Assembly (NCBI GenBank): GCA_964637915.1
Contig: CAZWXN010000003.1
Span: 1-49,227 of the forward strand
Reading direction: 5' to 3'
DNA: 49,227 nucleotides
Source of the DNA: an uncultured Nitrososphaeria archaeon
Lineage (GTDB): Archaea; Thermoproteota; Nitrososphaeria_A; Caldarchaeales; Wolframiiraptoraceae
Positions 30,430 through 39,610 of the stretch are shown here, piece by piece. Below the pieces are notes generated by a model. That model saw only the letters and a list, made by a program, of their open reading frames with translations, was not told the DNA's origin and ran no database searches. The first letter of the stretch is position 1, and each line of letters begins with the position of its first letter. The position numbers and the translations under genes were made by a program.

Positions 30430-30678
30430 CTTGCGAGGAGCTGCAGCTCGATGGTGATACTTAGCGGCGGCGCTGGAACGATAATCGAGGCATTTCTCGC
30501 GTATATTTATGCAAAGCCATTGAGAATATTGACCGGGACTGGTTATCCCTCAGATAGGCTCCGGGAATTCTGCGAGGATGACTACCTAGATCATCGCAGA
30601 GTTGTTAAGGCGTGGTTTACAGATGATGCTGTGGAGGCCGCTGAGCTGGCTTATAGCCTCGGCAGGGTTAAGTCTTGA
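30430..30678 (+). pseudogene. 3' part of the disrupted LOG/TIGR00725-family gene
   Basis: LARSCSSMVILSGGAGTIIEAFLAY..KP..L.GTG..D, YLDHR; continues where the 5' part stops. Confidence 0.8.
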
Positions 30679-31177
30679 GCTGGACTATCGAGCCCAGAAT
30701 CGTTATAACCGCTATTGTGACTAGCTGCAGGAAGTCTGGCAATGGTACTCCAGCCTGCTGAAGTCCTGCTGTGAATATTAGGGAGCCGATGAAGGCTGTT
30801 ATGATGGAGAGGATCTTGTCGAAGAGCATGATCACTATTACCAGCACTATCAGGGCGATGATTATTGCTGGGAGTATATCGACGATACCTCTCAGAAGCA
30901 TGAATGTTGCGAGGCCTGCGATTATCCCCGCGCCGAACTTCATGAGCAGGAGGAAAATCACGCCCACTATAACGAAGCCTACTATAGCGGCGATGTAGGT
31001 GTATGGGGGTGGGATGAACATGGGCGATATCAGCAGGGCGAGAATCGCCCCGACAAGCCCGCCTATCAAGAAGAAGACGGCCTTCGCAAGCTTCCTCCCG
31101 AAGAACGCGACCACAAGCCCTAGGATTATAAGCATCAAGCCTGATACTAGCTCGACCTCACCACCTAGCCCAAGCAT
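30668..31177 (-). CDS. DUF4203-like membrane protein
   Basis: GL..AFFGRKL, TAFIGS motifs; all hydrophobic. Confidence 0.7.
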   Translation of the reverse strand: MLGLGGEVELVSGLMLIILGLVVAFFGRKLAKAVFFLIGGLVGAILALLISPMFIPPPYTYIAAIVGFVIVGVIFLLLMKFGAGIIAGLATFMLLRGIVDILPAIIIALIVLVIVIMLFDKILSIITAFIGSLIFTAGLQQAGVPLPDFLQLVTIAVITILGSIVQLKT

Positions 31178-31234
31178 ACTATTTCATCACCTAAGCTTGG
31201 GATTAAGCTTTTCCTCAGACATTATTTCAAGGCT

Positions 31235-32008
31235 CTAGGGGACTTGAAGGGCAACGAGGAATCGCGCGGATACTGAGACCACCAGACAGAAGGCTGTAAT
31301 CACGAAGACCACATAGTCTATAGGCCTCATCCTCAGCTCTCTCAGAAATGTCCTTTTCTCGGATGCGCCGAAGCATTTGACCTCCATGGCCTCGGCGAGC
31401 TCATAGCTCCTCCTAAGAACATTGACTATCAGAGGGATCAGCACTGGGACGTATCTTTTGATCCTAGTTATCGGGCCTCCCTTATCGAGCTCTAGGCCGC
31501 GGGCCCGCTGCGCATCCATTATTGCCTGAAGCTCCTCGGCGAGCACTGGCGTGAACCTTATCGCGGATATGAGGGCGAACGAGTACATATATGGTATCCT
31601 GAGCTTCGTGAAAGTCATCCCAAGCTCCTCCGGCGTCGTTGTGAGGAAGAAGATGGAGAATGATGCGAGGAAGCCTACCAGCCTATAGGCCGCCGCGAAG
31701 CTCCTATAGATTATCTCGGGATCTGTGAACACTCCGGCCTGAAGTGATAGGAAGATGTAGTTCATCGCGAAGACGAGCGTTATGAGGGGTATGGCGCCAT
31801 AGACTGTTTTAGCCCATCTCTTGAGGGTTCTGCTAGCCGCTGAGAGTGCTGCCTCAACGGCGATCACGATGCTTGTGACTGTTATCTCGGAGTAGAGGAG
31901 GGCTGTTATGAGGAGCGTTGAGGATATTAGAAGCTTGACCCTCGGGTCGAGCTTATGGATAAAGCTCGCGCCGGGCTGAAAGCGCAGGCCCTCAAGTATC
32001 GCCGCCAT
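31235..32008 (-). CDS. ecfT: ECF transporter T component
   Basis: HKLDPRVK, IRFTP, AQRARG, AMEVKCF. Confidence 0.93.
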   Translation of the reverse strand: MAAILEGLRFQPGASFIHKLDPRVKLLISSTLLITALLYSEITVTSIVIAVEAALSAASRTLKRWAKTVYGAIPLITLVFAMNYIFLSLQAGVFTDPEIIYRSFAAAYRLVGFLASFSIFFLTTTPEELGMTFTKLRIPYMYSFALISAIRFTPVLAEELQAIMDAQRARGLELDKGGPITRIKRYVPVLIPLIVNVLRRSYELAEAMEVKCFGASEKRTFLRELRMRPIDYVVFVITAFCLVVSVSARFLVALQVP

Positions 32009-32796
32009 CAGCCATCACCAGAGGACCCGCCCCCAAACCTCACCTCCACCACTATCATCCCAGCATTCTCGAGAGCATTCTCGCCAAGCTTTAGAGACGA
32101 GACGAATGCCCTCACGAGGTTATGGAGAAGCTGCTGAGGCCATGGCCCGAGCGGAATCTCAGCCCCATCCACGATCACCCTAGCCCTAGATAATCCCCTC
32201 ATGATGCAATCCTTTATCATGGCCTCGCCGCGTCTAATCGCCTCAGCCATCCCCCGGCAAGATCCATACCTGCATTTACCGCAATCCAAGCCTGGAATGA
32301 GCTCGACCCAATAATCCTTTACGCTCCTCCTTAGGAGCTCTAGGACATCATCCTCACCCATAACCCTAACCCCGGAAATCTCCCTCGTGGATCTGGGCGA
32401 CCTTAGAATAATCGCCCTTACATCCGAGATCCTCTTCAGCGCCTCCTCAGCCTCGCGCTCATCCTCGGCGCAGAGAATCTTTGGATAATTCGATTCCTTG
32501 AAACCCTCAACAAGTATGAGGTCCGCCTCAACGTGAAGGGATCTTATGGCATCCTCTAAGGATGCTTGAGCGCGCCTAATCGTGATAAGCTCGGATGGCG
32601 AGATTATTGATGTCTCGATCGCGCCTGCCTTGAGATGCCTGTAAGAGTCCTTGTCCGCGAGGTCAACATTCTCTCTGGAGTGCTTTATCGTCGCAACCCT
32701 CACGCCAAGCTTGGAAAGCTCCGATACAATTCTCTCGATGAGCCTAGTCTTACCCCGACCCCTACCAAGGCTGACAACGCAGAATATCGGCGGCAT
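32008..32796 (-). CDS. mobB: MobB with C-terminal Fe-S domain
   Basis: GKTRL, VATIKHS, DSYRH..AGA, LVEGFK; LIPGLDCGKCRYGSC..C. Confidence 0.9.
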   Translation of the reverse strand: MPPIFCVVSLGRGRGKTRLIERIVSELSKLGVRVATIKHSRENVDLADKDSYRHLKAGAIETSIISPSELITIRRAQASLEDAIRSLHVEADLILVEGFKESNYPKILCAEDEREAEEALKRISDVRAIILRSPRSTREISGVRVMGEDDVLELLRRSVKDYWVELIPGLDCGKCRYGSCRGMAEAIRRGEAMIKDCIMRGLSRARVIVDGAEIPLGPWPQQLLHNLVRAFVSSLKLGENALENAGMIVVEVRFGGGSSGDG

Positions 32797-32873
32797 AAAT
32801 TCCTCTAAACATCCAATAAGCCAGCTCTTTATTCTATCTTCAAGCTATGGCGATTGGAAATAGAGGAGCCGCA

Positions 32874-33251
32874 TTACACTCTCAGCTCTTTATACCTCTT
32901 GATCCACTCCTCCACGACATCGTAGCCATAGAGCTTCTTCAGCATCTCTCTGCCCTCAGGGGTGATCCTCTCCGGGCTCCACATGGGCTCCCAGACCAGC
33001 TTGACCTTGACGCTCTTAGCCTCCGGCACCTTGCTCCTAACCTCCTCCTCAATCCTATAGATGATGATGCCGGCCATCGGGCATCCTACAGCCGTCAAGG
33101 TCATGCTTATCTCAACATTACCCTCATCATCAACATCAACCCCATAGACTAGCCCGAGATCATAGACGTTCACGGGTATCTCGGGGTCATAAGCCTCCCT
33201 GAGAGCCGCTATAACCTTGCTCCTGACCTGCTCTTTATCAATCATTACCAT
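32874..33251 (-). CDS. DUF59/SufT/MIP18 Fe-S assembly factor
   Basis: DPEIPVNVYDLGLVY, MTLTAVGCP, VWEPMW. Confidence 0.95.
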   Translation of the reverse strand: MVMIDKEQVRSKVIAALREAYDPEIPVNVYDLGLVYGVDVDDEGNVEISMTLTAVGCPMAGIIIYRIEEEVRSKVPEAKSVKVKLVWEPMWSPERITPEGREMLKKLYGYDVVEEWIKRYKELRV

Positions 33252-33335
33252 GTTATGGTTTTGGGGCGCTATATAAGGGCTGCTCAAATTCCACGGAGAT
33301 TTAAAATTTGGGGATTCCGAGCTAATGCTCGAGGG

Positions 33336-33962
33336 ATGGCGTCTAGGAGGCGTAAGCTCGAGGAGGAGGTTTTCGAGAGGCTTTCCGTGGGCTTCATCGA
33401 GAGGTTGTCTAGGCTTGGGATAAAGCCCATGGCCGTAACAGCTCTGGCCTTTATCACCGCTCTAGTCTCAGCCGCGTGCTACTATCTGGGAGCGGTTACT
33501 CCGGCGAGCTACTTTCTCGCCGTCATATTTCTAGCGCTCTCCGGGTTCTTCGACGCCGTGGACGGGGCTGTTGCCAGGAGACTTAAGATGACGAGTAACT
33601 TGGGCGCATTCCTGGACTCGGTCTTTGATAAGCTGGGGGAGGCGGCGATATATGTGGCGATCATAGCCTCGGGGGCCGTCAGCGCCTTCTGGGGGGCGCT
33701 CGCCCTAACATCATCGCTCATGGTTAGTTATGTAAGACATAGGGCTGAGCCCCTTGGAGTAAATCTCAAGGGGGTGGGGTTCATGGAGCGGGCGGAGCGC
33801 ATAATACTACTAATCATCGCATCAATCATAACGCCGTTCATCAAGCAGGCTCTAGAGATCTCCATGATCCTGATAGCCGTACTCGCGATGATTACCGTGG
33901 CCTGGAGGATGATCTACGCCATCCAAACATTAGGGGCTGGGACTAGTCATAGGCGCTCCTGA
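33336..33962 (+). CDS. CDP-alcohol phosphatidyltransferase (archaetidylinositol-phosphate synthase-like)
   Basis: DAVDGAVAR..GAFLDSVFDK, SYVRHRAE, GFMERAER. Confidence 0.93.
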   Translation: MASRRRKLEEEVFERLSVGFIERLSRLGIKPMAVTALAFITALVSAACYYLGAVTPASYFLAVIFLALSGFFDAVDGAVARRLKMTSNLGAFLDSVFDKLGEAAIYVAIIASGAVSAFWGALALTSSLMVSYVRHRAEPLGVNLKGVGFMERAERIILLIIASIITPFIKQALEISMILIAVLAMITVAWRMIYAIQTLGAGTSHRRS

Positions 33963-34284
33963 ACCTTATAGCGCCCTTCTCGAAGACCAGCTCATAGACC
34001 TCATTCACATCCAGTTTTACCCCAAGTATCTCATACTCCTCCTCAGTCAGGAATAGTATCATCTTTGTTTTCGCGGGTGGCGCGAGCACTAGCCCCATTG
34101 ACTGGAAGTAGCTTGCAAGATCCTGTAACATGGACTGGATCATTAGCGTCTCAGGCGCCCCGGGGATCTTAGGCGATGCTTGGACCCGCTTCTCCTCGAT
34201 AAGCTCTATCATCTTGCCATATCTGCCGGTCTCGGGATCCTTTACGCTCGAAACCCTATGAACTCTGACGAGCACCATTTTCAC
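33943..34284 (-). CDS. Arcadin-1-like protein
   Basis: DP..G...K.IEL.EEK and LFLTEEEYE.LG..LDVNEVYEL..E.GAI pattern recalled from arcadin-1. Confidence 0.75.
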   Translation of the reverse strand: MKMVLVRVHRVSSVKDPETGRYGKMIELIEEKRVQASPKIPGAPETLMIQSMLQDLASYFQSMGLVLAPPAKTKMILFLTEEEYEILGVKLDVNEVYELVFEKGAIRFRSAYD

Positions 34285-34291
34285 AGACCTT

Positions 34292-34699
34292 CTAAACTGA
34301 TTCCTCTAAGTCCTCGATATATTTAGAGTATTCATCGGCCTCCATTAGATCCTCGGTTCTCAGTTCCTCGGCCAGCTCTATCTTCACTATCCAGCCGCTG
34401 CCATATGGATCCTCGTTTATAAGCTCTGGGTTATCTATAAGCTTGGAATTTACCTTAACAACCCTCCCGGAGACCGGTGAATGTATCTCGACTGACGCCT
34501 TGATGGACTCTATCACGGCGAGCGTCTCACCCTCTTCGATGGACTGGCCTATGTTCGGCAGCTCGATGTGAACAACATCCCTAAGCTTCTTCTGACCATA
34601 ATCAGTCACGCCTAGGGTGACTACGCTATCCTCAGGCTTGATCCAGATGTGATCCCTCGTGTAGTAGTAGCCTTCAGGAATCTGGTATTCTCCCGACAA
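34292..34699 (-). CDS. gcvH: Glycine cleavage H / lipoyl carrier protein
   Basis: YTRDHIW, GVTDYGQ, IESIKAS (lipoyl Lys), SPVSG, NEDPYGSGW. Confidence 0.95.
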   Translation of the reverse strand: MSGEYQIPEGYYYTRDHIWIKPEDSVVTLGVTDYGQKKLRDVVHIELPNIGQSIEEGETLAVIESIKASVEIHSPVSGRVVKVNSKLIDNPELINEDPYGSGWIVKIELAEELRTEDLMEADEYSKYIEDLEESV

Positions 34700-34752
34700 T
34701 TTTACCTCGAATGGCGAAATCCGCGCCTGACTATAAAGTTTGCCCTATACTT

Positions 34753-35145
34753 TCAGGACCGCAATAATTCCTCGATCGACTTATACTCGCCCTTCTTGTA
34801 ATAAAATATCCGCGATCGTAGTTTTACAGGCATTCCGAGATAATCGAAGAGGCTCATCAGCATGCCTCCCCCTATCTTCTGGCCGATCTCCCCTTTGACT
34901 ATCTTCTCTGCCAAGATCATCACTATCTTCTTGGTTTGCTCGGGATACTGCTCAAGCGCCGCGTCAAGCACCTCATCACCGCGATCCACGAGATTTTCCC
35001 TAACTATCCTAAGAGCCTCCTCGAAGCTCAAATGCCTCTCCGCCTCCTTCTTAACATCCGCGGCTTTCGCCTTGAGAGAGGCGAGCTCCATAAGCTTCTT
35101 GAGCTTGAGCGCTCTCAACTCCAGATCCTCATCCATGCCCATCAC
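34753..35145 (-). CDS. PDCD5-like dsDNA-binding domain protein
   Basis: DEDLELRALKLKK, L.DRGDEVL..A..QYP. Confidence 0.65.
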   Translation of the reverse strand: MMGMDEDLELRALKLKKLMELASLKAKAADVKKEAERHLSFEEALRIVRENLVDRGDEVLDAALEQYPEQTKKIVMILAEKIVKGEIGQKIGGGMLMSLFDYLGMPVKLRSRIFYYKKGEYKSIEELLRS

Positions 35146-35334
35146 CCCTAACTAAGCATTTATTCGGCGATCTCGCTATAAAAGGCTTGCAGCCCTCGAA
35201 AAGATCATCACAAAATATCCACTAAAACTAATTAAATCTTTCAAAAACATGTTTTCTTTTTCTTGATGCAGCTGAATTCTGCTCGAAACGATATGTTTAA
35301 TAGCTGCGCGATTGAGGCGAAGGACGATCCAGGG

Positions 35335-35538
35335 TTGCCCTACTGTCGTGAGTGCGGGGCGAAGATCATCTACGACCGGAACACGCGCTCCTATGTCTGC
35401 CCGGGCTGCGGGCTCATTTACACCCCTCAGGATCTAGTAGTTGAGGCGAGAAGGGGTGTTGAGATGGGCGTGGCGGAGGAGAAAAAGAAGAGGAAGTATG
35501 CAGAGTATTTGGAGTGGTGGGCCTCATCCAAGAAGTAG
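35335..35538 (+). CDS. Small Zn-ribbon protein
   Basis: PYCRECG..YVCPGCGL; C-terminal EYLEWW; TTG start inferred. Confidence 0.8.
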   Translation: MPYCRECGAKIIYDRNTRSYVCPGCGLIYTPQDLVVEARRGVEMGVAEEKKKRKYAEYLEWWASSKK

Positions 35539-35838
35539 GTGGTGATGGGTATGGAGCTCGTTCTCTATGCTGAGAAGGAGGCTGGCGAGAAGCTCATGAA
35601 CATACTGTTGAAGGACGATATCGTGTCGAGGGCTAATGTGATCTCACGGGATGCGGGGATACTAGGTAAGAGCGGCGTCTACATAAGGATAATCGGGAGC
35701 GAGGAGCAGTGTGGGCGCGCCCTCGAGCTGGCCAAGGATCTCGCGGTCGAGGTTAAGGGTGAGGAGAGAGATGAAGTGCTGAGAATTTTGAAAAGCGAGG
35801 ACGAGAAGATGCTCTCGGGCTTCTCCGGGATCTTTTAG
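35539..35838 (+). CDS. Hypothetical protein
   Basis: In an operon; host-like codons. Confidence 0.75.
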   Translation: MVMGMELVLYAEKEAGEKLMNILLKDDIVSRANVISRDAGILGKSGVYIRIIGSEEQCGRALELAKDLAVEVKGEERDEVLRILKSEDEKMLSGFSGIF

Positions 35839-35889
35839 CTGGTTAATGCTCATGATGCTTACTTGTTGGTCAGTGGGGAGGTGGGCGGC

Positions 35890-36654
35890 GTGAATACAAT
35901 ATTTATCGTTGGCACGGCTGGCTCGGGGAAATCCACGCTAACATCCGCCTATGGAGATTGGCTTAAATCTCAAGACAAGTTCGTTGTGCTTGTGAATCTC
36001 GATCCAGCCGCCCAAGTCCTCCCCTATGAGCCTGACGTTGATATAAGGGATTTCGTGGACTATGAGAGAATCATGTCTACGAGGCGCCTTGGGCCGAACG
36101 CGGCTCTCATAGCCTCTGTCAGGGAGGCTGCTAGACATGTTGAGGATCTTAGGGAGGAGATAAACTCCTATAACGCCGACTATGTCATCATTGATACCCC
36201 AGGGCAGCTCGAGCTCTTCGCCTTCAGGCAGGAGGGATATATTCTAGCCGAGAATATAGGCTTCAAGGATAGGAAGGTCATGGTATTCGTCTTGGACCCC
36301 ATGTTCTGTAGCGTTGTCAAGAACTTTATCTCGAGCATGTTTCTCTCGGCATCCGTCTATTTCTCGCTCGGGATCCCCATGGTTCACGCCCTGAATAAGA
36401 TAGATGCCATCTCGCCGGAAGATGTCGAGAAACTGGAGGCTTGGAGCGAGTCCTTCGACACACTCCTCCTAGATCTCGAGAGCATGACGCGGGGTAGGCT
36501 TATGAGCTTCTCGCGCGAGGTCGCTGAGACTCTCCGAGACATCATAGCGAGCATCCCAATAGTCCCTGTCTCGTCCACGACTATGGATGGGCTCTCCGAG
36601 CTTCACGCCGCGCTCACCAGATTCTTCCTAGAAGAGGATCTAGAGCTGAGGTGA
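35890..36654 (+). CDS. GPN-loop GTPase
   Basis: GTAGSGKST, NLDPA, LGPN, DTPGQLELF, NKID. Confidence 0.95.
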   Translation: MNTIFIVGTAGSGKSTLTSAYGDWLKSQDKFVVLVNLDPAAQVLPYEPDVDIRDFVDYERIMSTRRLGPNAALIASVREAARHVEDLREEINSYNADYVIIDTPGQLELFAFRQEGYILAENIGFKDRKVMVFVLDPMFCSVVKNFISSMFLSASVYFSLGIPMVHALNKIDAISPEDVEKLEAWSESFDTLLLDLESMTRGRLMSFSREVAETLRDIIASIPIVPVSSTTMDGLSELHAALTRFFLEEDLELR

Positions 36655-37556
36655 GTATCATGTCTTCCCTGAGCGAATATGAGAGGATCGAAAATGAGGT
36701 CTTGGAGCTGAGGGAGAAGTTGAGGCAGCTCAACATGAGGATAAGCGAGGTCGAGGAGGAGATTAGGAGATACGCGGAGAAGAGGGATAAGATCCATGAG
36801 GAGATGAAGCCCTACACCGAGAAGCTGAGGGGCCTGAGGGAGGTTGATAGGGAGAAGCGCGACGCCCTGGCCAAACTTAGGGAGGAGCTCGCCTCAAGGA
36901 AGGAGGAGCTTAGGGCCAAAAGGCAGGAGCTTAGAGCTGTTAGAGCAGAGTTTAGGAAGCTGCGGGTGGTCAAGGAGTCTAGGGAGGAGATAGAGGCAAG
37001 GATACAGGAGATAGACTGGAGGATACAGACGGGGCCCCTACCGAAAGAGGAGGAGAAGAGGCTGAGCGAGCTCCTCGAGGAGCTTCACGCGAAGCTCGAG
37101 CAGGTGGTTAAGAGAGAGGAGTTCCAGTCTAGGCTTCAAGCCCTAGAGGAAGAGGTCACTAAGGCTGAGGGCGAGATAGAGTCCTTGAGGGAGATGATTG
37201 GCACCTTGAAGAAGGAGCTGGGCGCGAGCTTCGAGCAGAGGAAGGCTTTGAGGGAGAAGATTCAAGAGCTTAAGCAGAAGAGTGACGAGTGGCACGCGAA
37301 GTATCTTGACGCCAAGAAGAGGCTTATGGAGCTTGAGGCCGAGAAGATACTGGTCTCATCGAGGCTTATTGAGCTTCAGGAGAGGCTTGAGAAGCTTAAG
37401 CAGGAGGAGGAGAAGAGGAGGGCTGAGATGGTCAAGGAGAGGCTTAAGGCCGAGGCGAGGCTCAAGCTAGCCACCGGGAGGAAGCTTAGCTTTGAGGAGT
37501 TCAAGGCATTAATGGAGGATGGGGAGGGGCTGGAGGAGCTCGTTGGAAAGGGCTGA
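36651..37556 (+). CDS. Archaeal coiled-coil protein (COG1340-like)
   Basis: Heptad-rich; W.IQT.PL..EEEK; G.KLSFEEF C-terminus. Confidence 0.8.
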   Translation: MSIMSSLSEYERIENEVLELREKLRQLNMRISEVEEEIRRYAEKRDKIHEEMKPYTEKLRGLREVDREKRDALAKLREELASRKEELRAKRQELRAVRAEFRKLRVVKESREEIEARIQEIDWRIQTGPLPKEEEKRLSELLEELHAKLEQVVKREEFQSRLQALEEEVTKAEGEIESLREMIGTLKKELGASFEQRKALREKIQELKQKSDEWHAKYLDAKKRLMELEAEKILVSSRLIELQERLEKLKQEEEKRRAEMVKERLKAEARLKLATGRKLSFEEFKALMEDGEGLEELVGKG

Positions 37557-37604
37557 GCAACCCTTATTTCATCCCTCCAGAAACTTGATACGTGTAGATA
37601 ATAA

Positions 37605-38783
37605 ATGGCCGAGGCGCCGAAGAAGCTACTGATCCTCGTAGTGGATCGTGACGATGATATCGGGAGGAAGACTGGCATCTCTACACCCATCATAGGCTTT
37701 GAGGAGAATCTCAAGGCCGCTCAAGCCCTATTACTGGCTGACCCAGAGGAGGCCGACGCCAACGCCATATTCGGGGCATTAAAGGTCTACAGGGAGCTCT
37801 CCGAGAAGTTCGGAGGCAATATTGAGGTTGCCACGGTCGCTGGGAGGGAGGGTGAGGGCATCGAGGCCGACATGAAGATAATGGGCGAGCTCGAGGAAGT
37901 CCTCAAGAGGTTTAAGGCGGATGCATGCGTGCTCGTGAGCGATGGTGTCACGGATCAGTTCGTCACGCCGATAATCACCTCCAAGCTCCCCATAATATCC
38001 GTTAGAAGGGTTGTCGTAAGGCATAGTGAGGCCGTCGAGCAGACATGGCTCGTTCTCGGAAGATACCTGAAGCTCGTCTTCACAGAGCCCAGATACGCTA
38101 GGATATTCCTCGGGATACCAGGCCTCCTCATGGCGATAATAGGTATACTTTACATAATCAATGTGGCCTCGCTTCCCTTCATACTCTCGGCGATTGGGGT
38201 ATACTTCATCATAAGGGGCTTCGGCCTCGATCAGAGGATTGCATCAAGTTTCAAGAATATAACAAAGCTATTCAGAATGCCTCCATACACGCAGCTAAGA
38301 GCATACGCGGTCTTCACCTCGGTGCTCCTACTCGTGCTCGGATTCTACACAGGCTATATCTCGACACTAAAAGCAATACAGGAGGCTTACCCGGATGCAC
38401 CCGAATTCTCGACACATGTTCTCTGGTGGCTTGGAAAGCTGCCCTTCATAGCCGGGACATATATAAGCAGCTCGATAGACATAATCTCGATCGCCATCTT
38501 CATAATGCTGCTCGCGAACATGGTATACTATCTGTTCATGCGAGATCCAAACTTCTGGCTCATGGTCCGCGGGTCGGTTCTGCTTGCATGGCTCTGGGCG
38601 CTGCTCAAGAGGACCGGCATAGTGCTCATGGTCGGCGCGTCCGGAGGCTTCGAGAACCCACACATCCTCCTACTAGTCATCACAGCAGTCCTCGGAATGG
38701 CAACAATAATAGTGACGATATGGGTTACTAGAATCCTGCGAAAGACATATTCCAAGTACTTTAGAAGAAAGATCGAGCATTAA
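37605..38783 (+). CDS. DUF373 family membrane protein
   Basis: VDRDDDIGRK, DPEEADAN, VSDG..D, RRVVVR. Confidence 0.92.
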   Translation: MAEAPKKLLILVVDRDDDIGRKTGISTPIIGFEENLKAAQALLLADPEEADANAIFGALKVYRELSEKFGGNIEVATVAGREGEGIEADMKIMGELEEVLKRFKADACVLVSDGVTDQFVTPIITSKLPIISVRRVVVRHSEAVEQTWLVLGRYLKLVFTEPRYARIFLGIPGLLMAIIGILYIINVASLPFILSAIGVYFIIRGFGLDQRIASSFKNITKLFRMPPYTQLRAYAVFTSVLLLVLGFYTGYISTLKAIQEAYPDAPEFSTHVLWWLGKLPFIAGTYISSSIDIISIAIFIMLLANMVYYLFMRDPNFWLMVRGSVLLAWLWALLKRTGIVLMVGASGGFENPHILLLVITAVLGMATIIVTIWVTRILRKTYSKYFRRKIEH

Positions 38784-38812
38784 GGTTATCAATTGGCCTC
38801 GCCCAAGAACCC

Positions 38813-39610
38813 TTGACCGGGATGGGCATATTCCAAAGCCTGCTGAGGCTTTTAGGCGCCTACAAGCTTTATGAGAAGTGGCTTAGCCGGACGATATCGC
38901 GGGGCGTGATACCATCACATATAGCGGTTATAATGGATGGGAATAGAAGATGGGCTCGGGAGAGAGGGCTTGAGCCATGGTACGGTCATAGGATTGGGGC
39001 GGAAAAGGTTGAGGAGGTTATCAAGTGGTGCCTCGAGCTGGGGATCAAGGTCGTTACGTTCTTCGCCCTCTCCACCGAGAACTTTAGAAGGAGCGAAAAG
39101 GAGATCGAGGAGCTTCTCAGGATATTGCGGGAGAAGGTTGAGGATGTTCTTAATGGCGACTTGGTGCATAGGCATAGGATAAGGGTGAAGGTTCTTGGCA
39201 GGAAGGAGCTCCTCCCCGATGATTTGAGAAGCCTTCTTGAGAGGCTTGAGGAGGAGACAAGGGAGTATGATAATCTTTACGTGAACTTGGCGATCGCCTA
39301 TGGTGGGAGGGCGGAGATAACTGATGCCGCGAGGAAGCTTGCGATGGATGTCTTAGCAGGGAAGCTACGTATAGATGATATTAGCGAGGATGTGATAGGG
39401 CGATACCTCTATACGGCGGATCTCCCAATACCGGATCCGGATGTCATTATAAGAACATCTGGTGAGGAGAGGATAAGCAACTTCCTCCTATGGCAATCGG
39501 CTTACAGCGAGCTCATCTTCTTGGACGTATACTGGCCCGAGTTCCGTAAGATAGACCTGATGAGGGCAATAAGGACTTATCAGAGGAGGCAGAGGAGATT
39601 CGGGGCCTAG
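38813..39610 (+). CDS. uppS: cis-prenyltransferase
   Basis: HIAVIMDGNRRW, STENF.R, YGGRAEI, RTSGEERISNFLLWQ. Confidence 0.97.
   Translation: MTGMGIFQSLLRLLGAYKLYEKWLSRTISRGVIPSHIAVIMDGNRRWARERGLEPWYGHRIGAEKVEEVIKWCLELGIKVVTFFALSTENFRRSEKEIEELLRILREKVEDVLNGDLVHRHRIRVKVLGRKELLPDDLRSLLERLEEETREYDNLYVNLAIAYGGRAEITDAARKLAMDVLAGKLRIDDISEDVIGRYLYTADLPIPDPDVIIRTSGEERISNFLLWQSAYSELIFLDVYWPEFRKIDLMRAIRTYQRRQRRFGA

Noticed and set aside
28880-30450. Canonical bulge-helix-bulge intron in the LOG gene
   Set aside because: The junction pairings I tried gave no 4-bp central helix with two 3-nt bulges, and the exons are themselves decayed
36651-37556. Repetitive GAG/AAG-rich DNA; possible SMC-like arcadin or repeat array
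   Set aside because: Explained by coiled-coil codon bias; no ATPase motifs or discrete repeats
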